From Eutreptiella sp. 'Long Island Sound 2002' (Eukaryota > Protista > Euglenida), in the NCBI GenBank assembly GCA_964036045.1, contig OZ038378.1:79422001-79486000 (forward strand): a stretch of DNA of 64,000 nucleotides, given 5' to 3'. Under the pieces are notes generated by a model. That model was not told where the DNA came from and ran no database searches. It saw nothing but the letters and a program-made list of their open reading frames with translations. The position numbers were made by a program, and so were the translations under genes. Shown here piece by piece: positions 25,528-38,443 of the stretch (position 1 is its first letter; each line of letters starts with the position of its first letter).

Positions 25528-28500
25528 AGTGAGCAGAGGAAAACGTGGCGAGCAGGGGCGTTTCTTGGCCTGAATGGATTCGGGCTGAGCTGTAGTGAAT
25601 CACTGTCCTGGCGTATTTCAATGGGACATCCGCTGACAATCCACCAAGGAATCACCAGCAAAGAAACCCACGCCGGCCACACACGTGTGCAGTCCCGCCA
25701 CACCTGATGGGCCTGCCAAATGCAACGCTTGGAGGGGGCATTCGGTTGCAGCCAGTAATCCGAACGGAGAAGAGGCTTCCAATGGTGTCACACAATCTTC
25801 TGTTGGGATGACCCATCCACAGTCTGTCCCCTCCGATTCAGGACAAAAACTCCCCGGGCCCATGCACACGGCCTCTATCACGCCGTGGTTGGACATTACT
25901 CTATGGATGCCTTGTCCGGAACAGCTGTGGCCAGCCTTAACTCCAAACAATGCGACCTTACCCCCTGAGAAACAGGCAGAATATGCAGCGGGTAGTTTTG
26001 CAATCGAAACTGCGCCGCACGAGCTGCTGTGTCACAGACGGAGCGAAGCGAAGGACCCGAAAGCAGCCGAACGAAGTTACGTCTTCAGCCAACTTCGCAC
26101 CGGTTTTCCAACTCCCGCCGGTTCAGAGCCGCTGGTTTCAGAACTGCGTGGAGAGGGTTGGAATGACGCCTGAGTGGATTGCTGTCTAGGACTGGCGGTG
26201 CCTATTGGCGTACCCTTGTCCTTTCCATGCCTTTCCCTCCGTTGGTGGCGGTGCCCATTGGCCTCTCACCACCTTGTCCCTTTGCTCTGCTGGGCATTTG
26301 TTTTCCTCCCTCACCACATCCCCTTCCCCTTACTCGGTAGGTTCTCAACGGAACCCCCAGACTTTCCCTGTTTCACTGCTCTGTGTCGGGTCCATAAAGA
26401 GGAGGGCAACAGCCCTCGCCGTTGGTGAGGTGCTGAGCGGGGGGATGCTAGCCTCAGTGTCTCAGATACCTGAATGGCAAGCAGACTCTTGCAGCACTTT
26501 GGGACAGTGGGGTTGCAGACTCAGGGCGCCAGTATCCCGCACACACAGGCCAGGACTGCTCCGACCTCCGGGCGCACACAAGCGCATATTATCCCCAACA
26601 CAACCCTCTCGCATACCGACCACACCAACGCATGCCGCGTCCTCCGGGGCCCACCCCTCGATTAAGTTACCCTCGTGACGACATGGATGATCGGCTGGGC
26701 GGAATTCGTTGGCGTGGGGGATGCATGCGGTTGCATTGCGGCGGAGAATACACACTAATCGCTGGCCTTTGGCATCGCACTGTCCAATTGTCCATCGGAA
26801 ACATTGCGCTTGCGCAATACAAGGCTCCACTGCGGAAAAGACATTGTGAGGCACATGGGAAAACGCATGTCCGTGTCCAACCCCATGGGGACCTCGTGGT
26901 CGAGGGCAAGACCCGAAAGACCTCCGTATTATCATACACAGATGGTGCCGGCGCGGGGTGGTTGTCAACACATGCCTGTCAATGTGACACGTACATGTCC
27001 GCAACAACTGCAGGGTGGCGGTGCGAGCTCTCCGGCGAGAGAGCTAAGAGGTGATTCGTCCATGATTCTTGCAATCATGGCCCGCATCATGGTGTGGTGC
27101 GTTGTTCTCCCTGCTCATTTGCGCGTGTGCAGATGGTCCCAGGTGCGTGTGTATTTCTACATGCTTGGGTCTTCCTACTAGAACAGGCGGTTGGGGTAAG
27201 ACATTGATTTGGGGGCAGCGTTGTGGGGGCCTCTCAAGGAGCCTCCCAAGGCCCCCCAAGGACGTTAGGCTCCTTAATGGGCCTATTAGGGGGCCTAATG
27301 GCCATCGCAAACACCGATAACATCTTGCGCTGAACGGCACCTAACAGCTCATTGGGAACGCAACAAGCATACTTTGTCTTGAATGGGAATCGTCATCATT
27401 GCCGACTCCCAGATTCGTTATTCCACACACTGAAATTGGACGTAATTTGGCACGAAGATGATGTGGCGTAGCTCGGTGGACACATGCGTGCCCCATCCCG
27501 GAGGGTGACCAAAACAGGCCATGTTTCGGTCAAGGCGGGGGGGTGGGCTTGACGCCTAAGAGGACGGTTGTCCGAAACTAGTGGCACCTATTGGCCTCTC
27601 GCAAAGGCCTTTTTCCCTCCCGTAAATCCTCTCCTCCGGAAGGTAAGTGTACCCACTAGCCCCAACCGGCCATATCGAGCCATATATAGGCTTTGCTAGA
27701 GAGGGTACGTCCCTCTCAAACGGCCTTCCCGCATGGCGCTGAGAGTTTTTAGCTTTCGGGGGTCAACATCTGTCCACCACCGAGGTCCTTCAAGGTCCCC
27801 CTGGTACTTTAGCATATTGGGGGTGTTGTGCAAAACGGTGATCTTCATAATAACCACGTGCTGGACGATCGGCGAAATGACATCCAGCTTCGTGAAATGT
27901 CGCACGTTGCATTGGTCAACCCGCCCCCCGACATTTACATCTCCTCTCGTCTACCGGTCGGCCGGTCACGTCAACGTTAAAGTTGGCTTGGGGGAAATTT
28001 GTCGCGGCGCTTAATTTGTGGCATAGGGCATAGCCCTTATGTGTGTTGCACGCGTGCTTCTTCGTGTGAACGCTTGAGATCGAGACCGAATCCATCGCAC
28101 AATCATTTCCTTGCAAGAGTCTCACCGCTTGTCGTTCATTCATAATCCGGAGCATGGAACGAGCTCGATTTGAGGGTGTGATGCGTCATTCCATGCTCTA
28201 GTCGCAAGCCATTGCTCTAAACCCCCCGACAATAGACCCCAGCAGCAGCAAATGACCATTTGAGAGACCCACCACCTTTTTGAGCCGACCAACGCGATAA
28301 GAGACCCATCTAGAAACGTACACGTTAATTGCAAAAAGGAGACAAACCTCAACCGAAGCCCGAGCCCTAATGTGACCAGATAACTCCTACATTGAATGTT
28401 GAGGGTGTTTTCTCACACAACTCCAAGAAATGGACCTTCAAATGACATAACCTTAGTGAAAATGTCGCGGGACCACACAAAGTGTGCTGCGCTTATGATG

Positions 28501-28615
28501 TACGTAATGATGTAGGTAATGGAATGTGTCACCAAATGATGTCGTCATCATTCACAAAAACATATTTTTCGGCGAAAAAATGAAAAATCATTGTTTGGTT
28601 GGGCCTGAAAATAGG

Positions 28616-29090
28616 TCACAACCTCTTCCGGGACACTTTAAGAGACCTTGGGCTTTGGCTCCGGGTGAAAAGGCTAAGAGACTCGGGTCTGCTTTCGGGG
28701 GCTTTAGAGTACCAACGAGGGCTTAGGCGCGGCGCAAAGCTTACGAGCGCCGAGAAAGAATCTCCCGTGATCAATGGTTCTTCACAACGCACCTCATGCA
28801 CCCGTTTGCCCCGCTCTTTTCTTACGCCTTGTGAGTCGGGCATACCTGGATTAAAAAGTGAAAGAAGAACCACGAAAAAAGGAATCCGGTTAGACCTCAA
28901 CATGAAATAGCCCCACGGAGCGGCTTGACGCACCGCACAAGGCGCCATGCCCTGTAATGCGCGGCCAAGGTGAATAGCGACAACCACATAGATGTTGGTA
29001 TTTCCCACACCTCGATCGCAAGGGTGTACTTCATGTTACTCGAATCAACATATTTGGTCGATATCCAGGCACCCCGTGGCCATGATGATC
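28616..29090 (-). mobile_element. LINE APE-endonuclease remnant
   Basis: GVPGYRP..R, GVGNTNIYVV, VVLLSLFNP and LITGDSFSA occur in APE motif order, with frameshifts. Confidence 0.45.
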
Positions 29091-29665
29091 ATGATGATGA
29101 TGATGGGATTCTACCAGGCGCATTTCCTGAAAACTCGACACAAAAGCCCTCACGCGCAATGGCGTTTACGAGACATGATACCCAACCTCCCTTGTGGTCC
29201 CTATAGGTGACATTCACGACTGCATTCGAAAACAAAATACTACAGGCTTAATTGTAAGTACTATGGAGGACAACATAATGAAATGGAGATGCAAGATACT
29301 CGAAAAAAGCGACCGATCTCAAAAGATCCCACTACCCCACCAAATCAAGGAATCCCGGACAAAAAGTCTAAGTGTGAAGAGATGATGCGGATGGCCCAAG
29401 GGACCCTACGGGATGACAAAAATGCGATCTCTTCACACTTGCCTAGTGTTAGGGGTGGTTTTTCGGGCAAAATCGTGACGGATGGCAATCCCAGCACCCT
29501 GCTCTGTCCAAATCCCTCTGAAATGACAAATGCTCACATCATGCAACAATGTAGGACACAATGTAATGTCGATTTCTCCGATTTAGTGCACATAAATGAT
29601 CATCCAATGTCTTTCAACCATTGCAATCACATCGGTAGTCCGATTTGCCCCCCACACATGTGTCA

Positions 29666-29689
29666 TTAGGGTTAGGGTTAGGGTTAGGG
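29666..29689 (+). repeat. Interstitial telomeric repeat (TTAGGG)4
   Basis: Four perfect TTAGGG units. Confidence 0.9.
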
Positions 29690-31025
29690 TCTGCTAAATT
29701 TGCTTTTACTCCCAAAGGGCCCACCATTAGCATAGAGTTCTCCCTTGTACCAAAGAAAAGAGTAGGAAACCATCATTTAGGGCTAGGGTTGGGCCCTCCG
29801 CAACACCACATTGGCTCCAGTTCAGGGTTAGGCTCATTCCACCTCACCCAAGCTCGTTGCGCTCGTCCCGGAGCTTGCCAGCAGTAATGCAACAATTGAC
29901 ATTGTTGCGCACCAACAAAGTGTTTACACCATGAAGCATAGCAACTTGTTGATTCACGCAATGCCTCGACCGTACACGGATGCGGTTATGGTCAGCGTGT
30001 TGGGATTCCATGGGTCCATGGGTATCCCCTGACAACAGTAATTGGAAAGGGAATTTTAACCGTTTTGAAACGACACAGTCAGGCGTGCCGCAAGTGCAGT
30101 AGAGGAGCCGAGAGCAGTGTTTACGAGTGCATTGTAGGTGGGATCAAGGTTACAATGTGAGCATCTACAATCAATTCAGCTGGAATTGCAAAGTGGTAAC
30201 TGCACTACGAAAGAGTTGGATGCTAGTAGTGCTTTCTTCCAGGACATATGCAATGTGATGAGTCAGGTTTTGAGGTTAGCAGCCACAAGGTATGTGTTGT
30301 GGTTGATTGTGGGTCAGATTGAGATGACAATGGTGCGATCTAGCAACATTTTAGGTTGAGTTTCAAAGTGGCAACTGCACGATGCAGGTTGGGGAGAGCC
30401 TGTGGGATGAGTTTAGTCTGTGAGCTGCAACAAGCTGCTGTATGTACGTATGTGGCTGCTGCTTCTCAAAGTTGTCAATCATTCCAGATTACATTATTTT
30501 TACATTTCGTTTACACTGAAGATTGGAACACATAGGTATAGTCTCTCTCTTTATCAGTCAAATCGCATCCAATTTGCCAGTTTAGTTGCCTCGTCGGCAA
30601 TTATCCGCCGCCGCTTGAATCTGCAGGTCTGAAAATTGACGCGCGTGCTCGTATCCACAGTATCTGCCTACGGACCCGTATCTGCTTAGCCATATCCATC
30701 GGTGACGGTATGCAGACTGCGGCCCTAGTAGACTGCGAAAGACTGCGCACGAACAGGCGACACGCGTAACTGAAAAAACCACCGCAACTGACAGAAAGGT
30801 ATGAATTTTATGTTGTTGTTCTAATTACTTCGAATTTCACCTTCTGGTCACTCTGTCACTTATTATTAATTACTGACAGATGTGTGATTGGCGAGCGTTG
30901 CCCTTTACTTCGCTGTTTTGAACGCGTTTAGCGCTGTGCGCAAATCGACTCCCTCCCCCTCAATTTCCACTCCCTCCAAGTGAATATCCACTCCCTTCTA
31001 CTCAATTTCTACTCCCTCCAAGTGA

Positions 31026-31154
31026 AATATATACATATATATATACAAATACATGTATGTACATCTATATATATATGTATATATATATAGATGTAGATAT
31101 GTAGATATATATATATATATATACGCATACATACACACACATCCACACACACAC

Positions 31155-31222
<68 letters not shown>

Positions 31223-31230
31223 ATATATGT

Positions 31231-31306
<76 letters not shown>

Positions 31307-31372
31307 ATATATATGTAGATGTATGTATGTATGTATGTATGTAGATATATATACATATATACATATATATAT
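31026..31372. repeat. Compound (TA)n/(CA)n/(TG)n microsatellite flanked by direct repeats of ACTCCCTCCAAGTGA
   Basis: Directly visible; the flanking motif occurs twice on each side (30960-31030, 31380-31436). Confidence 0.95.
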
Positions 31373-32349
31373 TGCTGTATACTCCCTCCAAGTGAAAATA
31401 CACTCCCTTCCCCTCAATTTCAACTCCCTCCAAGTGACCCGAGTTTTTCCGCGCGCGCGCCTGCGCCGTGCCGCGCTATTTCTAAGCCTAGCCTTCTACC
31501 TGGTAGGCCCAAGCGCTATTTCTACTTAGCCACCCGAAGCGGACTTTCTCACTTGAACATTCACGTCCGTGCAGGAATGCTTGGTCCTACTACACTTCAC
31601 GAATTCTTAATCGTGTTAATTGCAGATAACGTTTATTCGTGCCTGTCCGCAAAAAGTACAATCCGAAATTTTGTTGAGCTTGCAAGTTGCAACTGGTTCC
31701 TCCTGTTGTGGCATGACTGAACAGTGCTTCTGAGCGCACGAAAAATCAAGATAGAGTGCATCCACGGCTGGCTGTTAGTTGCATTATCCGATTCAGTGGT
31801 CAAGCGTCCACGACAAAACGACACACACCTCTAATGCACCGATATGCCTATCATTTTGAAAACACCCACGGAAAAAATACTCATCGGGTCACGATGTCCG
31901 CTGCTAATTGGGCGACCTGTAGCGCGAGACAGATTGTGAATCAGCTCATGCACAGCACCAACTTGACAAGGATGCAACACACAACCAACTTGTCAAGGCT
32001 GCAACACACAAAACTTAATCCATTGCGCCGTTTCCAAGTCTCAGCGCGCCCTTCTTGCAAACCACCCACTGCAAACCGATGCTCGTAGGGGTTTTCCAAA
32101 TTGCGTTGAACCTGTTATTAGACCTCGCGAAACATCGTTTGCATGCTTCAAACCTCCCCCCCCACAAGGCGACTCCTCATGGAGCGAACCAAAAGTACAA
32201 GTACCAGGATTTCCATGTGCACACCCTAGCACCACACCGAAAGTCACGGACACAACAACAAGGGTCTGCTCCCTCCTCAAGGATGCCGACATGGAACTCA
32301 AACAAACAAAGCGAAAGCACTTTGTGGCTGTTGTGCTTTGTCGTGTTTG

Positions 32350-32377
32350 GTCTTGATGTTTTCTTTGTTCTTTGCAG
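32350..32377 (+). promoter_or_regulatory. Polypyrimidine tract plus AG 11 nt before the ATG (trans-splice or 5'-UTR intron acceptor)
   Basis: TTTTCTTTGTTCTTTGCAG|TTTCGCTCGCCATG. Confidence 0.6.
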
Positions 32378-32388
32378 TTTCGCTCGCC

Positions 32389-33120
32389 ATGTCTGTGTAT
32401 GTCGATGACCAAGCCATCCATGTTTCAGAAGCCTCGGACCGAGATCCCATTGTGGTAGACGCCGGAAGAGGGCGCACGACTATCCGCGACCTTGGCCCTG
32501 CATTCGAGAGTGAAGCCATAGAGGTTGGAACCTCATCTACCCGCACGGGCACTTCCTATTCCCGTTACGACACTAGAACGTCCTACGCGACGTCATATGG
32601 TCGCCCAATTCAGCGATCTTACGACCTTACGGTGTGTTGCTTTCGCCCTTCTTTTGGAAGTGTCACCACATGGCGTGCCGGAGTTTGTTGGCCGTTTGTC
32701 CTTTGTTCTAGAACTCCGCTACGGTGGACACAAGCAGATCGGGAGTTGTTGTGGAAGATGCTGGCGATGCAATCGTTGTTAGTGAAGACGGGGCCACAAG
32801 TGGATACGACCGGCGGCCTTTACGAACCTACGAAACGGTGTGTCCATGGATTGAGCATATGATCATGGCCGACAGGAAGGCATACGGAACGCAAGCAACC
32901 ATGCTGGCACGTGTGTTGTTAGAGACCCGTCGTAGTGGATGAAGGATATGTCCTAAGAGAAGAAGCGCCCGTTCGGGTGGTTAGAGAAGAAGCCCCTCGG
33001 GTGGTGAGGGAACGAGTCATCGAAAGGCCATCGGACGTTGTTGTTGTGCAAGAAGACACGCCGGAGGACGTCATCGTCGTTCAAGACCAACCCTACGACT
33101 ATTACTCCCGCGGTTCCACA
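32389..33120 (+). CDS. Host gene exons 1-3 (32389-32631, 32712-32837, 32923-33120): epiplastin/articulin-like V/E/R/D/P-rich head
   Basis: Two phase-0 GT-AG introns of 80 and 85 nt join one open frame: MSVYVDDQ..YDLT|NSATVD..RTYET|RPVVVDEGYVLREEAPVRVVREEAPRVVRERVIERP..YYSRGST|GTATGT. Confidence 0.8.
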
Positions 33121-33231
33121 GTATGTTTTAACCCCTAACGTCAACAAGTAAAACGTATCCACGGATGCACCGCAAGCTTCCGATGTATATTTTGTTTTGT
33201 CATGCATATTCCTATATGTGCATGTTTCCAG

Positions 33232-33740
33232 CGCCGCACAAGTAAAGAGGAAGTAATTTACGATCCGATTTGGGGGGCAGGTGGGCATGCCTCCCACCAA
33301 GACGTCTTGCCAAGAGATCTTGAAAAATCACAGGTTTAACGTTGTGCTTCCGGCGTGTGTTGCCAACACGCCACCACAACCAATAGGCATGTTCCATGTT
33401 GAATGTAGATGCGGTCGTTGTTTGTTCCTCGTGATTTCCATTTCCCTAGGCGAGGCACAAGCAATGGCAGAAGAAGGAGGTGTGTCGCAATTCGAGTTGT
33501 TCATCGTATTTCGGTTGCAACATCTTCGGGACGTCCCCAAAAAGGAATATTCGAAGATGCACCGCTTCGTGTCTTTTGACCACAAATTCCGTCTCGAAAG
33601 ATCATCATGGACATCTCATATTTTAGAGTAGATGCGATGTGGCAGCTCCTCATCTCTCAGTGCACGAGTATGCCTAAAAGGTGTAGCGGCTGTGCTGGAT
33701 GGCAACAAGTAAGGAACAAGAAGGAACATGTCAAGAAGGT
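33232..33740 (+). CDS. Host gene small exons (33232-33252 or 33280; 33450-33479; one more near 33628-33738); exact junctions unresolved
   Basis: Acceptors TTTCCAG|33232 and TTCCCTAG|33450; donor 33480 GTGTGT. Two alternative phase solutions exist. Confidence 0.45.
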
Positions 33741-33897
33741 GCAAAATAGGAATGCGATTCCACGCCGCGGGTCACGTGAGGCATGCTAGAAGCATTAGGC
33801 CTCTATTCTTCGACGTCCATCGAACTATCTTGACGGGACATTTTATCGAACCGGTTGGCGCAAGCATAGGGAAAACGATTCCCAATTGTTCGGACAG

Positions 33898-34665
33898 GAT
33901 TGCGATTGTGAGGCCTTGGAAAATGAGAACGAGCGGTTGAAGGCAATCATATCGCAACTCTCCAATGATTTCCAGAAGAAGTTTGAGGATTTGGCTGGCC
34001 AAAGAGATTCTGGTATGTGTGTGCAGCAGTCCCTAGCGCGCTCGAAGTTTCTACTTCTCCTGATCCCGACAGACCCTTGTGCCCAGAAATTGCGCGCACT
34101 GTTGCCTCAAGCTCCCGCCGCGGCGCTGGCACGTGTCCGTTTGCGAAAATGCGTGAGTGCTACGCATTTGTGCGTTTCCCGAGTGCGGCCATATTTGGTT
34201 GAAACCCGAGCTCTCTCCCGCAAGTTGCTGGGCGCAATAGCATGGAATCGTTGTGCGTTTTCCGAGTGCGGGCATATTTGGTTGAAACCCGAGCTCTTTC
34301 CCGCAAGTTGCTGGGCGCAATAGCATGGAATCGTTGTGAGGCGTTGTCGGATGCGCGATGTTGATGTGTCCTTCCCGCAGAGGGCAGGGTGAAGCTGCTT
34401 CCAAAAATGTGTGCATTTCATGACTGATCCAGATCATTCAACAATCGTTCACTAGAGGTCGCCTGCTTAGAGATCCGCGGGTTGACGGTTTGGCAATTTG
34501 GTCTCCTACACCGCTTCGCATAGCACCAAAATTTTCCCGATTGTGTGTAGTTGTGCTTCACTATGCTTGCCCCTCGTCGCGCTCTGCTTTTAGACTACCT
34601 TGAGTTGCAGAAGAAGTACGCGACCCTAAATAACAACATGAAGGTGTTGGAGAAGGCAAGGGCAG
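33898..34665 (+). CDS. Host gene coiled-coil exons 33898-34012 and 34594-34665
   Basis: DCDCEALENENERLKAIISQLSNDFQKKFEDLAGQRDS|D|YLELQKKYATLNNNMKVLEKARA; GT-AG borders; phase-1 junctions match. Confidence 0.8.
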
Positions 34666-35739
34666 GTGCCAGCCTCCCCTGAACACCGCGCACGCAGTTC
34701 GTGCTCAAACCAAGATGGATTCTGAAATATTGAAACATGGAGAATTACATTAGTGTAGTCTGCGCCTGTGCTAGAGGTTCCAGTTTCACCTGGCTGTAGA
34801 GAGTTGGCTACTTACACTTGTAGTTGCAAGGTAACGTGTTTCTGGACTTTTGCATGCGGTCCTGAGGTCGGATGCTAGCGATTTTCCAGCAGTCTGGACA
34901 CAGTAAGGCCCCATGTGCGTGGGTCCAAGAATGCAAGGACGCGGTCAAAGCGCGCGTGCGCAAACATTTGCCAGTCTACTCATCATGGTTGACATGATTG
35001 GGGGCCACAATGCACACACACACCCTTATGGAAGCCAAAGGTTGTCGCACTGAAGGGCCCCACTTTAGGGTCAGGGGTCAGGGGGCTGAAGGGGGTTTTC
35101 AAAAGTGGTTGCCAAAAGCGGTTACTGGTGGTTGGAAAATTGGTTCGTGGGCAGGGTCCAGCGGTTGCAAAACGGTTGGTGGGCCGTTTGCGGCGGACAA
35201 AAGCGGTTGGGGCGGAAGAAAATGTCACCCCCTCCCGTGTTTAACGAGTCAAACATACGGGTCTCCAAATTAGGCTCTGGGATGGTACAAGCATGGTGAA
35301 TACCATCGCTGGAGCACATATGGAATACTTCTGGCCGAAAGCGGTTCGGCGGGGGGGCTTTAGGCGCGTGCCTGGCCAGTGTCCCTGCAGCCCGAGAGTG
35401 CAGGTGAACAATGCCCCCGCTGCATAGAGGACCAGCAAGGAGCACAATTGCCTGCCCAAACCCCCGGTGAACGGACTCCCCCCCCAAGGTTTCTGCAGCT
35501 CTTGGTGGATGGGGTTGTCAAACACCGTCAATTTTCCGGAGGTTGCGTCCATATTTTTTGTCTGCCCGCGGACGAGTCTCACTTGACTTGAGATCGCTTG
35601 TTGTTGTACCAGCGTGAGCGGTTGATGGTGGTGGCGTGGCGCGTCTGGTCTAAGTGTGCCGCACTGAAACACTCGTTTGTGGTGATGACGAAGGACCGAC
35701 TAATTGGCCTTGAGTGCGCCGCATGCGCCCCCGTGCCCA

Positions 35740-36310
35740 GCAGTATTTTACAGCAGCACAGCAGCGTGTCGCGCGCTCGGTATTAAAGCGCACTCAGCCC
35801 AGCGTGCGCTTTAGTACTGAGCGCGCGACATCCCTGTGCTGCGCGCGCCGAGTGGTATTTTACAGCAAGCTCGCGCAGCACAGCAGCGCGTGCTCGGCAT
35901 TAAGGCGCACTCAGCCCAGCATGCGCTTTCATACCGAGCGCGCGACATCCCTGTGCTGCGCCGAGAGCTGTATTTTACAGCAAGATCACGCAGCACAGCA
36001 GCGGTGTCGCGCGCTCGGTATTAAAGCGCACGCCGCTTTAATACCGAGCGCGCGACATCCCTGTGCAGCGCAGTGGAACCGGGGCGCATGCGGCGCACCG
36101 GAACTTCGCCCGGCGCAGTCGAACTGCGCTGTAGTGCAGTGCATTGCACCGCAGTGGAATTGCGCCGGGGCGATGCTGCGCATTCCGACTTAGCCCCGGC
36201 GCAGTCGAACTGCGCTGTAGTGCAGTGGAGTGCGGCGCAGTGGAACTGCGCGGGAGCGCATGCGGCGCACATGGGCTTCGCCCCGGCGCAGTCTAAGTGC
36301 GCTGTAGTGA
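35740..36310. repeat. Tandem array of long hairpins (~120-bp units with 27-bp arms, then GCGCAGT-N3-ACTGCGC palindromes)
   Basis: TGTCGCGCGCTCGGTATTAAAGCGCAC...GTGCGCTTTAGTACTGAGCGCGCGACA at 35767-35830; near-perfect copy at 36005-36057. Confidence 0.85.
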
Positions 36311-37639
36311 GTGTTGGCGCAGGTTGGTCGCGTGCGCCTACAGTGGTCAGCATGGATCCGCAAGGGCGGAGATTGTCCCTGCGGACCAGTTCTAGCGATG
36401 TTTGATAGTTCGTCGGTGCTGACTTTTCTCTGAAATCGCAGTCTCCTGGCTGCTGAGTGCTGAGTGTGCAGGTTTTCAGGTTTTCAGGCATGGATGCGCT
36501 GAAGGGGATGGGACGCTGAACGTGAGCTATTGCAAAAGCGCTTATTGGCGGTTGGAAAAGCGGTTGGGTGACAAGGTCTGGCAGTTACAAGACGGTTGGC
36601 ACGCCGTTGGTGGCTGACGGGACCGTTTGCGATTCAGCAATCTGTTATTTCAAGGGGGGATCCCCGCTTTAAGGGCATGCCTGGGTTCGGGAGTTGCAAA
36701 CGCACCAACCCTCTCTTGCGCGGTGTGTGTGTTCTCACGTTGTGTTCAACAACTACATCGTGCGATACTTGGTTTTCCGTCAGCCGCCCAAGCGCAAAGC
36801 GACAAAGCGCATGGTGATAAAGATAAAGACGCCAAAGGAAAGGGTATGCGTTGCTTGCAGCCGCCCGTGTCTGCTTGCATCAGCCATGTGTGGCGTGCAA
36901 TTTACTTGCCCAGAGCTGTTCTGCAACAACCCGTTGTCGCTTTCCCCGACAAGCGTGATTGGGGGGCCGTGGGCGAGGAGCGGCGGGGAGGTGCAGGGCA
37001 GAAAGTGAGGGCGGAGGGGGTGCTGCGAGTGGGACAACCCAACAGCCACAATGGGATGCAGGGAGTGACATGCTACCCCCCTGGCGCCGCAGATCAGAAG
37101 CAGTGAGCAGGCCAGCAGAAAAAGAAAGAGCCCGAAACTGGGAGGAACGCAAGCAGCAAAACAGCTGGGCACAAGGCCGCCCTACACACGGCAGGGAGAC
37201 GAGCCCCAACAGGACACACAACAAGACACAAGGGAACCATGAGGTGCGAGCACTGCAGCAACCACCAAATGCAGCGCACGCCGAGCGAGCCATCAGCAAA
37301 CACCCCCCCTCCCTCTACAAGGTGCCCACGTACTCCACAAGGGCGGGGGCTGCGCCCCGCGCTCCGGGAGGTGCCCGCCACGGGGGTGGCAACAGGGCCG
37401 TGAACAGCCAACCGGGCACGGGGCAGTCCACGTTGTGTGGAGATGTGAAATCGTCGCTACCGGGTGCCAGGGCAACCCCTGCTCAACCGGCATCAGGTGG
37501 GGGGTGTCTCCCGTAGCCCAGATGGGCTGTTTGCGCAACAGGAGTGGGAGCCCATCAGGGGCAGACCAACCGTGAGGGGGAAAAGAACATATGGTGGACG
37601 GCCCGGACAGCGAGTGGAGGAACAGGGCACCTGGGCCGC

Positions 37640-38443
37640 ACAGAAACACAGCGAGGCAGGCGATGGACGGCCTGTGGACAGAGGTGTGTGGACAGCAAAC
37701 ACAGTCAAACGACCCCGGCAACAACCAGCACATCCCCAATACGCCAACTATTGGGCGCCGCTGACACGCAAACGGCACACCATGCCACATTCAGCACAGT
37801 CCCAACACGCCAACTACTGGGCTCCGCGAACGCGGAAACGACACCAGCAAGAGCACCGGCCGCAGCGGCCGACAGAAAGTAGCGACCCGACGCAACATGC
37901 GAAGGGAAGAACGGGTGACCGTCCAGGGCCCCGTAAAGGAGCAACAACCAGACGGAATGTCACACAGGGGGGGGAGGGGGCACAACGCCGTCGTTCGTCT
38001 GCGCCCAGGGGATCCAGCACCCGGTGGACCACCGCTGGGGCCCATGAGGCGCCCTGTGGAAAGGAATGGTGGGCCAGTCAAGGGAAGGAGCCTCCGACGG
38101 AGGAACAGGGCACACGAAAACGCAGCGAGGCAGGTTGTGGACGGCCTGAGGACCGAGGTGTGTGGACAGCAACAGTCAAACGACCCTCGCAACAACCCCA
38201 ATACGCCAACTACTGGGCGCCGCTGACGCACAAACGGCACAGCATGCCACATCCAGCACAGCCCCAGCACACCAACCACGGGCCTCCGCGAACGCGGAAA
38301 CGACACCAGCAGGAGCACCGGCCGCAGCGGCCGACAGGAAGCAGCGACCCGACGCAACATGCGAAGGGAAGAACGGGTGACTGTCCAGGGCCCCATAAAG
38401 GAGCAACAACCAGACGGAATGTCACACAGGGGGGGAGGGGGGG
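37640..38443. repeat. Two tandem copies (~465-bp period) of an interspersed repeat ending in a G-run
   Basis: AACTACTGGGC...GACCCGACGCAACATGCGAAGGGAAGAACGGGTGAC...GTCACACAGGGGGG occurs at about 37650-37980 and 38120-38443. Confidence 0.85.

Noticed and set aside
27696-27905. LTR-retrotransposon RT (HFTKLDV)
   Set aside because: Single short motif with no following RT motifs and no LTRs.
30627-30805. Spliced-leader RNA gene or exon ending GAAAG|GTATG
   Set aside because: No spliced-leader sequence that I recognise, no Sm site identified, and no convincing open frame.
30998-31529. Tyr/Ile-rich ORFs
   Set aside because: Translations of the (TA)n microsatellite.
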